Shown in pieces: positions 9,927 through 19,097 of a stretch of 64,000 nt of DNA. Location: positions 6,114 to 70,113 of the forward strand of contig JAJZYR010000001.1 in the NCBI GenBank assembly GCA_021797995.1. The letters run 5' to 3'. Source of the stretch: Candidatus Micrarchaeota archaeon. GTDB lineage: Archaea > Micrarchaeota > Micrarchaeia > Micrarchaeales > CABMGC01. Below the pieces are notes generated by a model. That model was not told where the DNA came from and did no database searches. It saw only the letters and a list, made by a program, of their open reading frames with translations. Numbering within the stretch: position 1 is the stretch's first letter; each line of letters opens with the position of its first letter. Made by a program: the position numbers and the translations under genes.

Positions 9927-11408
9927 ATGGCGCTTTCAGACAACAGGCCATTGCACAAGAGGCACCACAAGGCCAAGCACCCGCTGTGGAAGACGGAGAT
10001 GGAGATAAGCGTTGCCGCAGGGCTTGTGCTCCTTGCCGTGCTCATCGTGCTTCTCTTCAACCTGCTCCTCCCGCCGCCGGCGCTCTTTGTGCAGGCCGAC
10101 CCGTCTGGATATGGGCATAACGACACAGTAAGCGCAATAGCCGCCCAGGGCCACAATACCAGCCGCGTATATGTCCTAGTCACCACGGCATCGGGAAACA
10201 CCCTTGCAATGCCCTCGGTATTTAACACCAGGATGCTCGCGGCAGGCACATACAAGTTGGTTGCATACGATGCAAACGACGGAAGGTACTCGGGGTCCGA
10301 AACGCTTATAATTACAAGGGGCTTCCCAGAGCTTGGACTCAGCGGCCCCTCAAGCCATGACTTCAACGGGCAGCAGGAAAACGTCTCCTTTTCCATAAGC
10401 TCACAGTCAGACCAGGTTGACGGAACCCTTTATCTGAACGGGACCGGAGTCGCAAACACAGCCTCATCAGGGTCTTACAGCATGGCCCCTGATCCAGGCG
10501 TGTACAATATCACCATTGCCTCGCAGGCGACCAGGAACTACAGCGCGGCATCGAAAAGTATATACTTCAGCATATATCCAAGCATGATATTCAACACTTC
10601 CCAGAACCTCACAAGCAACGTAAACGTCAGGGGAAACGTGACCGTAACGCAGGGCACCGTACTTACCCTGAACGGGCATAGCATTGTTGCCGGAGGCGCC
10701 TTCATCAACTATGGCACGGTAAGCTCCGGTCTCTCCGATTCCGGAGGCAGGCCACAAAGGAGCGTCAATCCGTACATAAAGAGCACCATAGAGGCCAACG
10801 CTACCGGAGGGGCATCATTCCCGCTCTCCTATGGCGGGGGCGGAGGTGCCGGAAGCGGTTGCGCGTCGTACGGCGGGAATACGATTGCACGCGGAGGCAG
10901 TTACGTTGTCACAGGAATACAGTGTACCATGCTACCGGGACTTGTTCCCCCTGTTCCTGAGATAAACGCGGACGTTATAGCATCGTGGTATGCCAATGGC
11001 ATAGACAATTATACGGCTGGAGGAGGCGGGGGAGGCGGTGAGGGGAGCCATTATGCGAGCGGAGGTCCCGGAGGCAGGGGCGCATATGGCGTCTTCATAC
11101 AGGCAAACAGGCTGCTTCCAGGGCGCATAACCGCTGACGGACAGAATGGCAGCGACGGCATAACAGGGCTGGTAGGATCCGGAGGGGGAGGAGGCGGTGG
11201 CGGCGCGATGGTGCTGCTAGCCTACGGGCCAGGAGGATATACCAAAGGCAACTACTCGGTAAACGGAGGAATTGGAGGGACCGGCGGGATCAACAGCTTC
11301 TTCTACGGAGGCAATGGAATCGCAGGCCAGGTTCTCGTCTACAACTTTACGACCCCGCCGGTGGAGGTCTGCAGTGGAGTCTGCCTTGGCTCAGACACGT
11401 ATCCCTGA
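9927..11408 (+). CDS. Membrane-anchored surface protein with beta-rich domains and glycine-rich C-terminal domain
   Basis: Basic N-terminus, one TM helix, many N-x-S/T sequons, repeated GGGGG(A/G)G runs. Confidence 0.75.
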   Translation: MALSDNRPLHKRHHKAKHPLWKTEMEISVAAGLVLLAVLIVLLFNLLLPPPALFVQADPSGYGHNDTVSAIAAQGHNTSRVYVLVTTASGNTLAMPSVFNTRMLAAGTYKLVAYDANDGRYSGSETLIITRGFPELGLSGPSSHDFNGQQENVSFSISSQSDQVDGTLYLNGTGVANTASSGSYSMAPDPGVYNITIASQATRNYSAASKSIYFSIYPSMIFNTSQNLTSNVNVRGNVTVTQGTVLTLNGHSIVAGGAFINYGTVSSGLSDSGGRPQRSVNPYIKSTIEANATGGASFPLSYGGGGGAGSGCASYGGNTIARGGSYVVTGIQCTMLPGLVPPVPEINADVIASWYANGIDNYTAGGGGGGGEGSHYASGGPGGRGAYGVFIQANRLLPGRITADGQNGSDGITGLVGSGGGGGGGGAMVLLAYGPGGYTKGNYSVNGGIGGTGGINSFFYGGNGIAGQVLVYNFTTPPVEVCSGVCLGSDTYP

Positions 11409-11443
11409 CTTTGCCAATCTTCCGTCGTCTTCTGTCAGTTATG

Positions 11444-12739
11444 TCAGCCTGGAGGGTGCGGGGTTTCCCGCCCCCCTTGCTGGCTGTCAACTATGGTCGA
11501 TGCCTTCAGCGACCTTCTTGCAAGGCCTTGTATCCTTTCATCCTTTATCAGCCTTGCAATCGTGGCCACGTCGGTGCGGGTTGCGGGATTCCTTGCATTT
11601 ATCGAGCAGACGTCCCTGTACGGCTTTATTGATTCCTCGTACGTTCCGATTGCCATGGCCTTATTGATTATCTCCTGTTTGTCGAATCCGACCAGCGGGC
11701 GGAGGATCTGCATCTTGAGCCCGTACTGCTCCGCGAGCATGTTCGATGCGGTCTGCGACGCCACCTGGCCGAGGCTCTCCCCGGTAAAGATCGCCTCGGC
11801 ATCTTCACTCTTCGCAACGAGCTCTGCGACCCTGAGCATGAATGCCTTAAGGAGGATCAATTCGAACCTTCCGCTCTTCAGCGTGCCTGCCTGGAAGAGA
11901 TGCGATGGCACATAGTAAACCCTGCTTCCAGGGCTGTATGCCGAGAGAATGCTTACTATCCTCGGCACCTTTGAGGCAATCGCCTCACCGGCATTTGGGA
12001 ATCCGTGGAAGTGCACGTAAACGGGCTTAATGCCCCGTTTCATTGCATACCACGCAGCTACTGGCGAGTCTATGCCTCCGGAGAGTAGTACAACGCCCTT
12101 TCCGCTCGTGCCTACCGGCAGGCCTCCGAGGCCCTTGATCCTTTCCATTGACACATATGCAGAGTCCTTGGTCACGTTTATGAAGATCTCGCGTCCGTAA
12201 TCGCGTATCTGCGGATCTATTCCCATTGATTCGGCAATGCTAATGACTTCCCTTGTGATGTCCATTGAGTTGAAGCTTAGCCCTTTGTACGTCCTGTGTG
12301 CATTTATCCTGAGCTTCTCCCCTTCCCTGATTCCCGCCCCCAATAGCACTTCCCTTGCAAGCCTGCTTATCCTGGCCAGACTTGGCTCAGTGGCATATCC
12401 TATCTCGTAGCTGCTTATCCCGAACAGGTGTGAAAGGCCGCCCTTTATCGCTTCCAGGCCGGAATCAGAGCCAGGACGTATTATAAATCTGTCATAGCCA
12501 TACTCGAGAGCAAATCGTTCTCCGGCCATGAGCCTGATAAGGTTGCTTCTCAGCATGTTTATATATGCACCGCGGTTCTTGCCCCTCAGCCAGAGCTCGC
12601 CGAATCGCACCGTGATGACCTTGTTCTTTGCAGCAGGATATGCCTGACTCCTCTCGCCTTTTATCCGGCGCAGACCGGCTCCCCGGTTCCGGCCGCGGAC
12701 GTGCTGCTGTGTCTTCTGACTTTGCATGATATAGCGCAT
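11444..12739 (-). CDS. thiI: tRNA 4-thiouridine sulfurtransferase ThiI (no rhodanese domain); start uncertain
   Basis: RFGELWLRGKNR, THUMP region, GLGGLPVG, PP-loop SGGIDS, TGESLGQVASQT. Confidence 0.93.
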   Translation of the reverse strand: MRYIMQSQKTQQHVRGRNRGAGLRRIKGERSQAYPAAKNKVITVRFGELWLRGKNRGAYINMLRSNLIRLMAGERFALEYGYDRFIIRPGSDSGLEAIKGGLSHLFGISSYEIGYATEPSLARISRLAREVLLGAGIREGEKLRINAHRTYKGLSFNSMDITREVISIAESMGIDPQIRDYGREIFINVTKDSAYVSMERIKGLGGLPVGTSGKGVVLLSGGIDSPVAAWYAMKRGIKPVYVHFHGFPNAGEAIASKVPRIVSILSAYSPGSRVYYVPSHLFQAGTLKSGRFELILLKAFMLRVAELVAKSEDAEAIFTGESLGQVASQTASNMLAEQYGLKMQILRPLVGFDKQEIINKAMAIGTYEESIKPYRDVCSINARNPATRTDVATIARLIKDERIQGLARRSLKASTIVDSQQGGRETPHPPG

Positions 12740-12951
12740 ATATGCTCTCTACTTATTCTTATATCCCTTTGCGCGAGCTCAGGCCGCTTTTGATGCGTTG
12801 CGGAAAGAGGTCACTTCCACCGTGCCGGGCGGGTTTCCTGAACAAACCTTTAAAAGGTTATTTACACAAATAGTATTGAAGATTTGCGCACTGCTTCGCC
12901 TTTTGCTTTCCTAAAGTATAAAGATGGGAAGCGCAGGATAATGGTAATTAA

Positions 12952-13530
12952 ATGGGAGGATACAGGTACATGGAAAAGGCCTTTCAGGACGAGTATAGCG
13001 TGAGGAGCGAGCTCTTCAAGAAGAGAGTGGCGGTCTGGAGAGGGGAAGGCGCAGTGACCAGGATAGGCGGACCGACAAACATCGCAAGGGCCAGAAAGCT
13101 TGGCTACAAGGCAAAGGAAGGAGTGGTGGTCGCAAGGGTCAAGGTGGAGAGGGGTCTCAGAAAGAGGATAAAACCGAGGGGCGGAAGGAAACCCTCGAAG
13201 AGCGGGCGCTTCTTCGCGCTAAGGAAATCCGCACAGGCTATCGCCGAGGAGCGGGCAGGCAGAAGATTCTCAAACTGCGAGGTGCTTAATTCCTATTATG
13301 TTGGAGAGGACGGGGAATACAAATTCTTTGAGGTTATAATGGTGGACAGGTCGCATCCGGCAATTGTGGGCGATGCCAGCTATGCCGGCATAATAAACCA
13401 CAATGGCAGGGTTTACAGGGGGCTCACGAACGCAGGGATAAAGCACAGGGGGATGCGCGTCAAGGGCTTCGGAACGAACAGGAACAGGCCAAGCGTCAGG
13501 TCGAGCCACAGGCATATCCTCAGGGTGTAA
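12952..13530 (+). CDS. rpl15e: 50S ribosomal protein L15e
   Basis: ARARKLGYKAKEG, EVLNSYYVGEDG, RGLTxAG. Confidence 0.96.
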   Translation: MGGYRYMEKAFQDEYSVRSELFKKRVAVWRGEGAVTRIGGPTNIARARKLGYKAKEGVVVARVKVERGLRKRIKPRGGRKPSKSGRFFALRKSAQAIAEERAGRRFSNCEVLNSYYVGEDGEYKFFEVIMVDRSHPAIVGDASYAGIINHNGRVYRGLTNAGIKHRGMRVKGFGTNRNRPSVRSSHRHILRV

Positions 13531-13537
13531 TCCGGCA

Positions 13538-13843
13538 ATGTTAAAGGCCACTTTGATGATCGACCTCGGAAAAAAGAGCCCTGACGAGTATATTGCTGCG
13601 ATAGGCAGGGATATCAGGCATGCAAGGAACGGGACATGCATAATTGGGCAGGGGAATACGATAGTTGTCCGCGTAGAGGCTGATGAAATAGGAGCCATGC
13701 TGGCGTCGCTGAATGGGGCGCTGAAGCGGCTGAGAGTCGTGGCTGGCGTTGAGGCAGGGCTGGCAGGCAGACGGGGTAGAAAAGCCAGGTTTATTGAAGG
13801 GCGGTTGCAGGGAAGGGCGCGTGCCCTGCCCCTTAATAGATAA
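13538..13843 (+). CDS. pcc1: Probable KEOPS complex subunit Pcc1
   Basis: Small protein with VxVEADEIGAMLASLN pattern, next to rpl15e as commonly seen in archaea. Confidence 0.6.
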   Translation: MLKATLMIDLGKKSPDEYIAAIGRDIRHARNGTCIIGQGNTIVVRVEADEIGAMLASLNGALKRLRVVAGVEAGLAGRRGRKARFIEGRLQGRARALPLNR

Positions 13844-13935
13844 GGTTATAAATATATCCTGAGAAAAGTGGTAATACCTACTCGTTATCTTCAGGTTTAA
13901 TACTAAGGTAACTATTCCGCCTACGGTAGATATGC

Positions 13936-14907
13936 ATGGTAATAATGAGAAAGGGGTCTCTAGAATACTGGCCCCATAGGAGAGCAAAAAGGCAGATGCC
14001 AAGGGTAAGGGCATGGCCCGCCATAGCAGAGCCTGTCTTCGAGGGGCTTGTCGCGTACAAGGCAGGCATGACACACGTGGCCATGACCGACGACTCTGAA
14101 GGTCCTGGAAAGGGCATGGAGGTTGTCAGAGCGGTGACGGTCATGGAGATACCTAAGATATATTTATACGGAATCAGGGCTTACAAGAAGAAATACTTAT
14201 ACACTGAACCTTTCGCAGAGGTCTATGATGCGGTCCTTGCAAAAAGGGTAGGAATAAAGGCGATAAAGTCGAACGACTTAAATGCGCTGAGGTCAGGAGC
14301 TGCGGAGTTTGAGAGGGTCACGGCCCTCTGCTTCCTTGATGCAGGCAGCATGGGCTTCGGCAACAAGAGGGTAATGAGGTTCGAGGTGCCTGTGGGGGGA
14401 AAAGACACCGCAGAGAAGTTCGCCTTTGTTGAAAAGTGGTTAGGCAAGGAGGTAAAGGTGAGCGATGTCCTTTCCGCAGGCGAGTACATCGACGTAACAG
14501 GCATATCCAAGGGGAAGGGCTGGGCAGGAGTCATCAAGAGATTCGGAGTCTCAAGGAACGTAAGAAAGGCTACCGGCAAGGTAAGGCATGTCGGAGTGCT
14601 CGGGGCATGGCACCCTGCAAAGGTCATGTTCACCGTACCACACGCAGGCCACATGGGCTACAACTACAGGACGGAGCTGAACAAGAGGGTGCTCAGGGTA
14701 GGCACTGCTGCAGACGCCTCGACTGTAAACGTAAAGGGAGGCTTTCCGAATTTCGGGAATGTCAAGAGCGACTTTATAATTGTAGACGGATCCGTTCCCG
14801 GCCCGGCAAAGAGGCTGCTGAGGATAAGGAAGGCGCTCAGATCGACTGAGAAGGCAAAGGTTCCGCAGATGGCTTATCTGTCGCAGGCCTCGAAGCAGGG
14901 TGCATAG
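13936..14907 (+). CDS. rpl3: 50S ribosomal protein L3
   Basis: YKAGMTHV, SKGKGWAGVIKRFG, GSVPGP. Confidence 0.97.
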   Translation: MVIMRKGSLEYWPHRRAKRQMPRVRAWPAIAEPVFEGLVAYKAGMTHVAMTDDSEGPGKGMEVVRAVTVMEIPKIYLYGIRAYKKKYLYTEPFAEVYDAVLAKRVGIKAIKSNDLNALRSGAAEFERVTALCFLDAGSMGFGNKRVMRFEVPVGGKDTAEKFAFVEKWLGKEVKVSDVLSAGEYIDVTGISKGKGWAGVIKRFGVSRNVRKATGKVRHVGVLGAWHPAKVMFTVPHAGHMGYNYRTELNKRVLRVGTAADASTVNVKGGFPNFGNVKSDFIIVDGSVPGPAKRLLRIRKALRSTEKAKVPQMAYLSQASKQGA

Positions 14908-14910
14908 TGG

Positions 14911-15723
14911 ATGGATGTTACTTTATACAAGCTCGATGGCAAAGGCTCAGGGAGCGTGACCCTGCCGGCCGTCTTCTCCGGTGAGTACAGGAAGGACTTG
15001 CTAATGAGGGCGCTGCTCGCGGAGCAGAGCATGAACTACCAGCCACAGGCCCATTCGCTAATGGCAGGGCTTAACACGACAGCGGTATACGTAGGGAGGT
15101 ATGACGCAAGCTGGAGGCGGGGCAGGCACATGGGAGTGGCGATAAGGCCCAGACAGGCTCTTGGCGGAGGGGCACAGGGAGACGTGAGGAGGATCCCATC
15201 AGCAACAAAGGGAAGGAGGGCGCATCCGCACAAGCTTGAGAAAAGGATCGTTGAGAATATTAACAGGAAGGAGTATATACGCGCGCTTGAATCCGCGATT
15301 GCTGGATGCGCAATGGCAGACTTAGTGAAGTCAGGCCACCCCTTCGGAGGAAATGCCCTTCCGATAGTGGTTGATGACGGAATTGAGAAAGTGGCAAAGA
15401 CAAGGGAACTTCTCAAGGTGCTTAGGGCGCTAGGCCTGGAGCAGGAGATGGAGAGGTCAAGGAAGCCGTCTAGGAGAAAGGGTTTAAAAAGGTCCTCTGT
15501 GCAGAGAAGGTTCAGGAAGAACGTTCTGATAATAGCAGATTCGGCAGATAGGATAAGCAGAGCTTGCAGGAACATACCAGGGCTTGACTTTTCGGACCTG
15601 CCCTCGCTCACGATCGGAAAGCTGGCCCCAGGTGCCGCTCCGAGGATAACCATATGGAGCGAAAGCGCCGTCAGGAACGTGGAAAAAGCCATTGCAGGCG
15701 CAAGGATGGGAATTAAGGGTTGA
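14911..15723 (+). CDS. rpl4: 50S ribosomal protein L4
   Basis: GRRAHP, INRKE, LAPG motifs; operon position. Confidence 0.95.
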   Translation: MDVTLYKLDGKGSGSVTLPAVFSGEYRKDLLMRALLAEQSMNYQPQAHSLMAGLNTTAVYVGRYDASWRRGRHMGVAIRPRQALGGGAQGDVRRIPSATKGRRAHPHKLEKRIVENINRKEYIRALESAIAGCAMADLVKSGHPFGGNALPIVVDDGIEKVAKTRELLKVLRALGLEQEMERSRKPSRRKGLKRSSVQRRFRKNVLIIADSADRISRACRNIPGLDFSDLPSLTIGKLAPGAAPRITIWSESAVRNVEKAIAGARMGIKG

Positions 15724-15728
15724 TTTTG

Positions 15729-15980
15729 ATGAATGCGCTTTTATATCCGATTGCGACCGAGAAGGCGCTTGGAAAGGTTGATAAGGAGAACACGATAATA
15801 TATGTCGTTGATATGAGATCGGATAAGACTGCGATACGGAAGGAGTTCGAGAAGACGTTCGGCGTCAAGGTCTCTAGTGTAAACACCGTAAGGACCATAC
15901 GGAACATTAAGAAGGCTTACATAAAGCTTGATAAGGGAGTTAAGGCCAGTGAGATTGCAAGGAAGATGAAGCTTGTATGA
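15729..15980 (+). CDS. rpl23: 50S ribosomal protein L23
   Basis: YPIATEKA, FGVKVxSVNT, KKAYIKL. Confidence 0.95.
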   Translation: MNALLYPIATEKALGKVDKENTIIYVVDMRSDKTAIRKEFEKTFGVKVSSVNTVRTIRNIKKAYIKLDKGVKASEIARKMKLV

Positions 15981-15995
15981 TAAATCGGTGAGGCA

Positions 15996-16715
15996 ATGGG
16001 AAAGAAGATACGAGTGCAGAGGCGCGGGAAGGGAGGCAGGGCCTTCAGGAGGCCGGAAAACACCTTCAAGGCCGATGTTAACTTCGCAAACCAGCCCGCG
16101 TCAGGCAGGATTACCGGCGAAGTGATAGAATTTATCGACGATCCCGGGCACTCGGCACCCCTCATGCGGATAAAATACGATGATTCGGCTGAGAACATAC
16201 TCATAGCCCCAGAGGGGATAAAGATAGGCGATAGGATACAGGAAGGCAGGAGCGCCGAGGTCTCCCTGGGAAGTGTGCTCCCACTTGGAAACATCCCGGA
16301 CGGTGTGCCTATATACAACATAGAGGTGACCCCCGGAGACGGAGGAAGGATGGCCAGGGCTGCAGGGAACTTTGCAACGGTCCTGTCGCATGCCGAGAAC
16401 AGGGTAAACGTGATGCTTCCATCAAAGAAGACGCTTTATATCGACGCAGAGTGTAGGGCCGAGATCGGAGCCGTGGCAGGAGGGGGAAAGGAGGCGCAGC
16501 CGATACTCAAGGCGGGCAAGCACCATTATATGATGCGTGCCATCAATGGATACTGGCCCGGGCACAGAGGGGTCAAGTCAAACCCAGTCGATCATCCGTT
16601 CGGAGGAAAGCAGCATCATAAGGGCTTCTCGAGCATGGTTTCGAGGAATGCCCCGCCTGGAGCCAAAGTCGGGCATATTGCGGCAAGGAGAGTTGGAAGG
16701 AAGAAGAGGGGTTGA
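15996..16715 (+). CDS. rpl2: 50S ribosomal protein L2
   Basis: MGKKIRVQRRG, DPGHSAP, NPVDHPFGG, PPGAKVGHIAARR. Confidence 0.97.
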   Translation: MGKKIRVQRRGKGGRAFRRPENTFKADVNFANQPASGRITGEVIEFIDDPGHSAPLMRIKYDDSAENILIAPEGIKIGDRIQEGRSAEVSLGSVLPLGNIPDGVPIYNIEVTPGDGGRMARAAGNFATVLSHAENRVNVMLPSKKTLYIDAECRAEIGAVAGGGKEAQPILKAGKHHYMMRAINGYWPGHRGVKSNPVDHPFGGKQHHKGFSSMVSRNAPPGAKVGHIAARRVGRKKRG

Positions 16716-16720
16716 ATTAG

Positions 16721-17113
16721 ATGGCCAGAATCTTTACGTTTAGGGGGAAGACAGAGGAGGAGTGGAAGGGCATGCCTGTGGACAAGTACCTTCCGTACCT
16801 CAGGTCTGCAGAGAGGCGGGCCGTGAGGAGGATGGGATACGAGTACAAGGCCCTCTGTGCAAAGGCTGACGAGGCGAGGAAGAGCGGCAGCACAAAGACG
16901 ATAAAGACGCATACGCGCGAGGCCGTCATACTGCCATCATGGCTCGGCCTGAAGTTCGGCGTTTACAACGGCAAGGAGTATAGGGAGTTCGAGATAAAGG
17001 CGGAGCATCTGGGCCACAGGCTCGGAGAGTTCTCGCATACGACCAAGCACGTGGTCCATTCCGCGCCTGGCATCAGGGCGACGCGCGGCAGCAAGTTCCT
17101 GGCGGTGAAGTGA
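16721..17113 (+). CDS. rps19: 30S ribosomal protein S19
   Basis: IKTHTRE, VYNGKEY, LGHRLGEFS. Confidence 0.96.
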   Translation: MARIFTFRGKTEEEWKGMPVDKYLPYLRSAERRAVRRMGYEYKALCAKADEARKSGSTKTIKTHTREAVILPSWLGLKFGVYNGKEYREFEIKAEHLGHRLGEFSHTTKHVVHSAPGIRATRGSKFLAVK

Positions 17114-17117
17114 CTCT

Positions 17118-17747
17118 ATGAAATATTCTTTCAATCTGGATAAGGAAGGGATTGTCTTCGCGCAGCGATACAATATCAATGCGAGCTACAAGGACCTTTG
17201 CGCTGCATGCGACGCGGTAAGGTACATGAAGGTCAGCAATGCGCTTGCGGCGCTTGACGGGATAATCACGATGCGCATGCCTATATTATACAGGAAGTTC
17301 TCACGGCATATGGGTGCAAGGCACGAGCTTGGAGGAAGGAAGGGCGCATATCCGGTAAAGGCGGCGCGGGAGGTAAGGCTTGCGCTGCTCAACGCGATGG
17401 GAAACGCGAAGAACAACGGACTTGACGGCGAGGGGATGATAATAATACACTCTTCGGCAAACAAGACCAGGATTGAAAGGAGATATCCGTCAAAGGGAAG
17501 TATAAGCTGGGGCAGGGGCATGTACGGCAGGGGGGCCACAAACCACAGCGACATCGAGTATGCAAAAGTGGAGATAGGGCTTGGCCAGGGAGACGAGAAG
17601 GCGATAACTGACAATATGAGATATTTTATCCGCCAGAAGTCGGGGCAGTGGGCCAAGGAAACAAATGCAGGATATGACGCTAAGAAGCCGGTGAAACAGA
17701 AGGCGCCGGCCAAGATGAGGGAGAAGAAGGCAAAGGAGCTGGCGTGA
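17118..17747 (+). CDS. rpl22: 50S ribosomal protein L22
   Basis: GAYPVKAA, LLNAxxNAxxxGLD; operon position. Confidence 0.94.
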   Translation: MKYSFNLDKEGIVFAQRYNINASYKDLCAACDAVRYMKVSNALAALDGIITMRMPILYRKFSRHMGARHELGGRKGAYPVKAAREVRLALLNAMGNAKNNGLDGEGMIIIHSSANKTRIERRYPSKGSISWGRGMYGRGATNHSDIEYAKVEIGLGQGDEKAITDNMRYFIRQKSGQWAKETNAGYDAKKPVKQKAPAKMREKKAKELA

Positions 17748-17751
17748 TCGT

Positions 17752-18381
17752 ATGGTAGTCGAGAGAAAGTTTATAGAGGATTTGATAGTGAAGCAGGGGA
17801 TCTCGAAGTACCTTGAGCGGGAGCTCATGAGGGCAGGATTCTCCAGGGTTGAGATACAGAAGACCCCGATCATCACAAGGATAACGACATATGTTACAAA
17901 CCCCGGGAGGGTGATAGGCAGGGGAGGCGAAACTATAGACGCGCTTACCGACAATATGAGGAAGAAGTTCAAGATAGAAAATCCGCAGATAAGCGTCGCG
18001 GAGGTAAAGAACCAGAGGCTAGAACCGAGGCTCGTTGCAAGATACATCGCAAACTCGCTTGAGCGCGGGATGAATGCAAGGAGGCTGCTTCACTCCATGA
18101 TAAAGGAGGTGATGAACAACGGCGCTCTCGGTGCGGAGATAGTGGCTACTGGAAAGCTCGCTGCAAAGGGGGCGCGGTCAAAGCAGATGAAGATAAGGCT
18201 TGGATACCTGCCGAAGGCCGGAAACGTCACGAAACTCGTCGACGAGGCGAAGGTTGCATCGTACCCCAAGTACGGCGCGATAGGGATAAAGGTAAGGATA
18301 GTGCAGCCCGGGACTGTCTTCCCGCACAGGAAGATAAAAAAGGTTGAGCTGCCGAAGAGCATCGCAGCTGCCGGACAGTAA
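17752..18381 (+). CDS. rps3: 30S ribosomal protein S3
   Basis: KH motif PGRVIGRGG, GALGAEI, GAIGIKV. Confidence 0.96.
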   Translation: MVVERKFIEDLIVKQGISKYLERELMRAGFSRVEIQKTPIITRITTYVTNPGRVIGRGGETIDALTDNMRKKFKIENPQISVAEVKNQRLEPRLVARYIANSLERGMNARRLLHSMIKEVMNNGALGAEIVATGKLAAKGARSKQMKIRLGYLPKAGNVTKLVDEAKVASYPKYGAIGIKVRIVQPGTVFPHRKIKKVELPKSIAAAGQ

Positions 18382-18438
18382 GACGCAGGACGTGGAGCGG
18401 CAATAGGTTTATATTGGAAAGGAGGGCAATGTGGTATT

Positions 18439-18636
18439 ATGAAAATAAAGGATCTTAGGGGCCTGTCAAAGGAGGCGCTTGAGGCCAGGCTCGCGGAGCT
18501 GGACCTTGAGAGCAGCATAGAGAGAAGGAAGATAGCTTCTACAGGGGTGGCAAGCAAGAAGACCAAGATCAGGGAGATGAGGCGGACGAAAGCCCAGGTT
18601 CTCACGCTGCTTAACGAGAGAGGTGCCAAGTCCTAA
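18439..18636 (+). CDS. rpl29: 50S ribosomal protein L29
   Basis: DLRGLS...KIREMRRTKAQVLT; follows rps3. Confidence 0.9.
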   Translation: MKIKDLRGLSKEALEARLAELDLESSIERRKIASTGVASKKTKIREMRRTKAQVLTLLNERGAKS

Positions 18637-18941
18637 TGCCTGAGATGTGCCCTAAGTGCGGACTGCCCAAGGAGATCTGTGTATGCGAGGTTCTTGACAG
18701 GGAGACCAACAGGCGGATAAAGATATACAAGGAGAAGAAGAAGTTCAGAAAGTACATGACCGTAGTCTCCGGGCTCTCTGGGGAGGAGATGGAGAAGACG
18801 GCGAAGGAACTGAAGCGCATGCTGGCATGCGGTGGTACCTACAAGAACGGGATGATAGAGCTTCAGGGCGACCACAAGGATGCTGCGAAGAAGGCGCTGC
18901 TCCAGCTCGGCTACCAGGAAGACACGATAGATATGGCCTGA
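18636..18941 (+). CDS. sui1: Translation initiation factor aIF1/SUI1
   Basis: CPKCGLPKEICVC, LKRMLACGGT, IELQGDH. Confidence 0.95.
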   Translation: MPEMCPKCGLPKEICVCEVLDRETNRRIKIYKEKKKFRKYMTVVSGLSGEEMEKTAKELKRMLACGGTYKNGMIELQGDHKDAAKKALLQLGYQEDTIDMA

Positions 18942-18989
18942 CCTTGGGCAGCATGGCTGTGCCAGGCGCATGGGCATGCAGAACCGGTA

Positions 18990-19030
18990 GTGACCGGCTC
19001 CCACCCGAAACGGCGCGGGATTTCCCGCCC
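18990..19030 (-). mobile_element. Probable solo IS200/IS605 right-end remnant
   Basis: Minus strand GGAAATCCCGC-GCCGTTTCG-GGTGGGA-GCCGG-TCAC: hairpin followed by TCAC, same layout as the right end at 49733-49768. Confidence 0.45.
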
Positions 19031-19097
19031 ATGCTGTTAAGCCACATAGATAAATTGGCAGGTCTTATATTACACTTGATTCTCCAAGGCTGAGGGC

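Noticed and set aside
18942..19060. RNase P RNA, 5S rRNA or SRP RNA after SUI1
   Set aside because: Only short words (CCCGAAAC, GTTAAGCC) match; the P4 motifs, 5S helices and SRP helix 8 are missing, and the region is too short for SRP or RNase P RNA.
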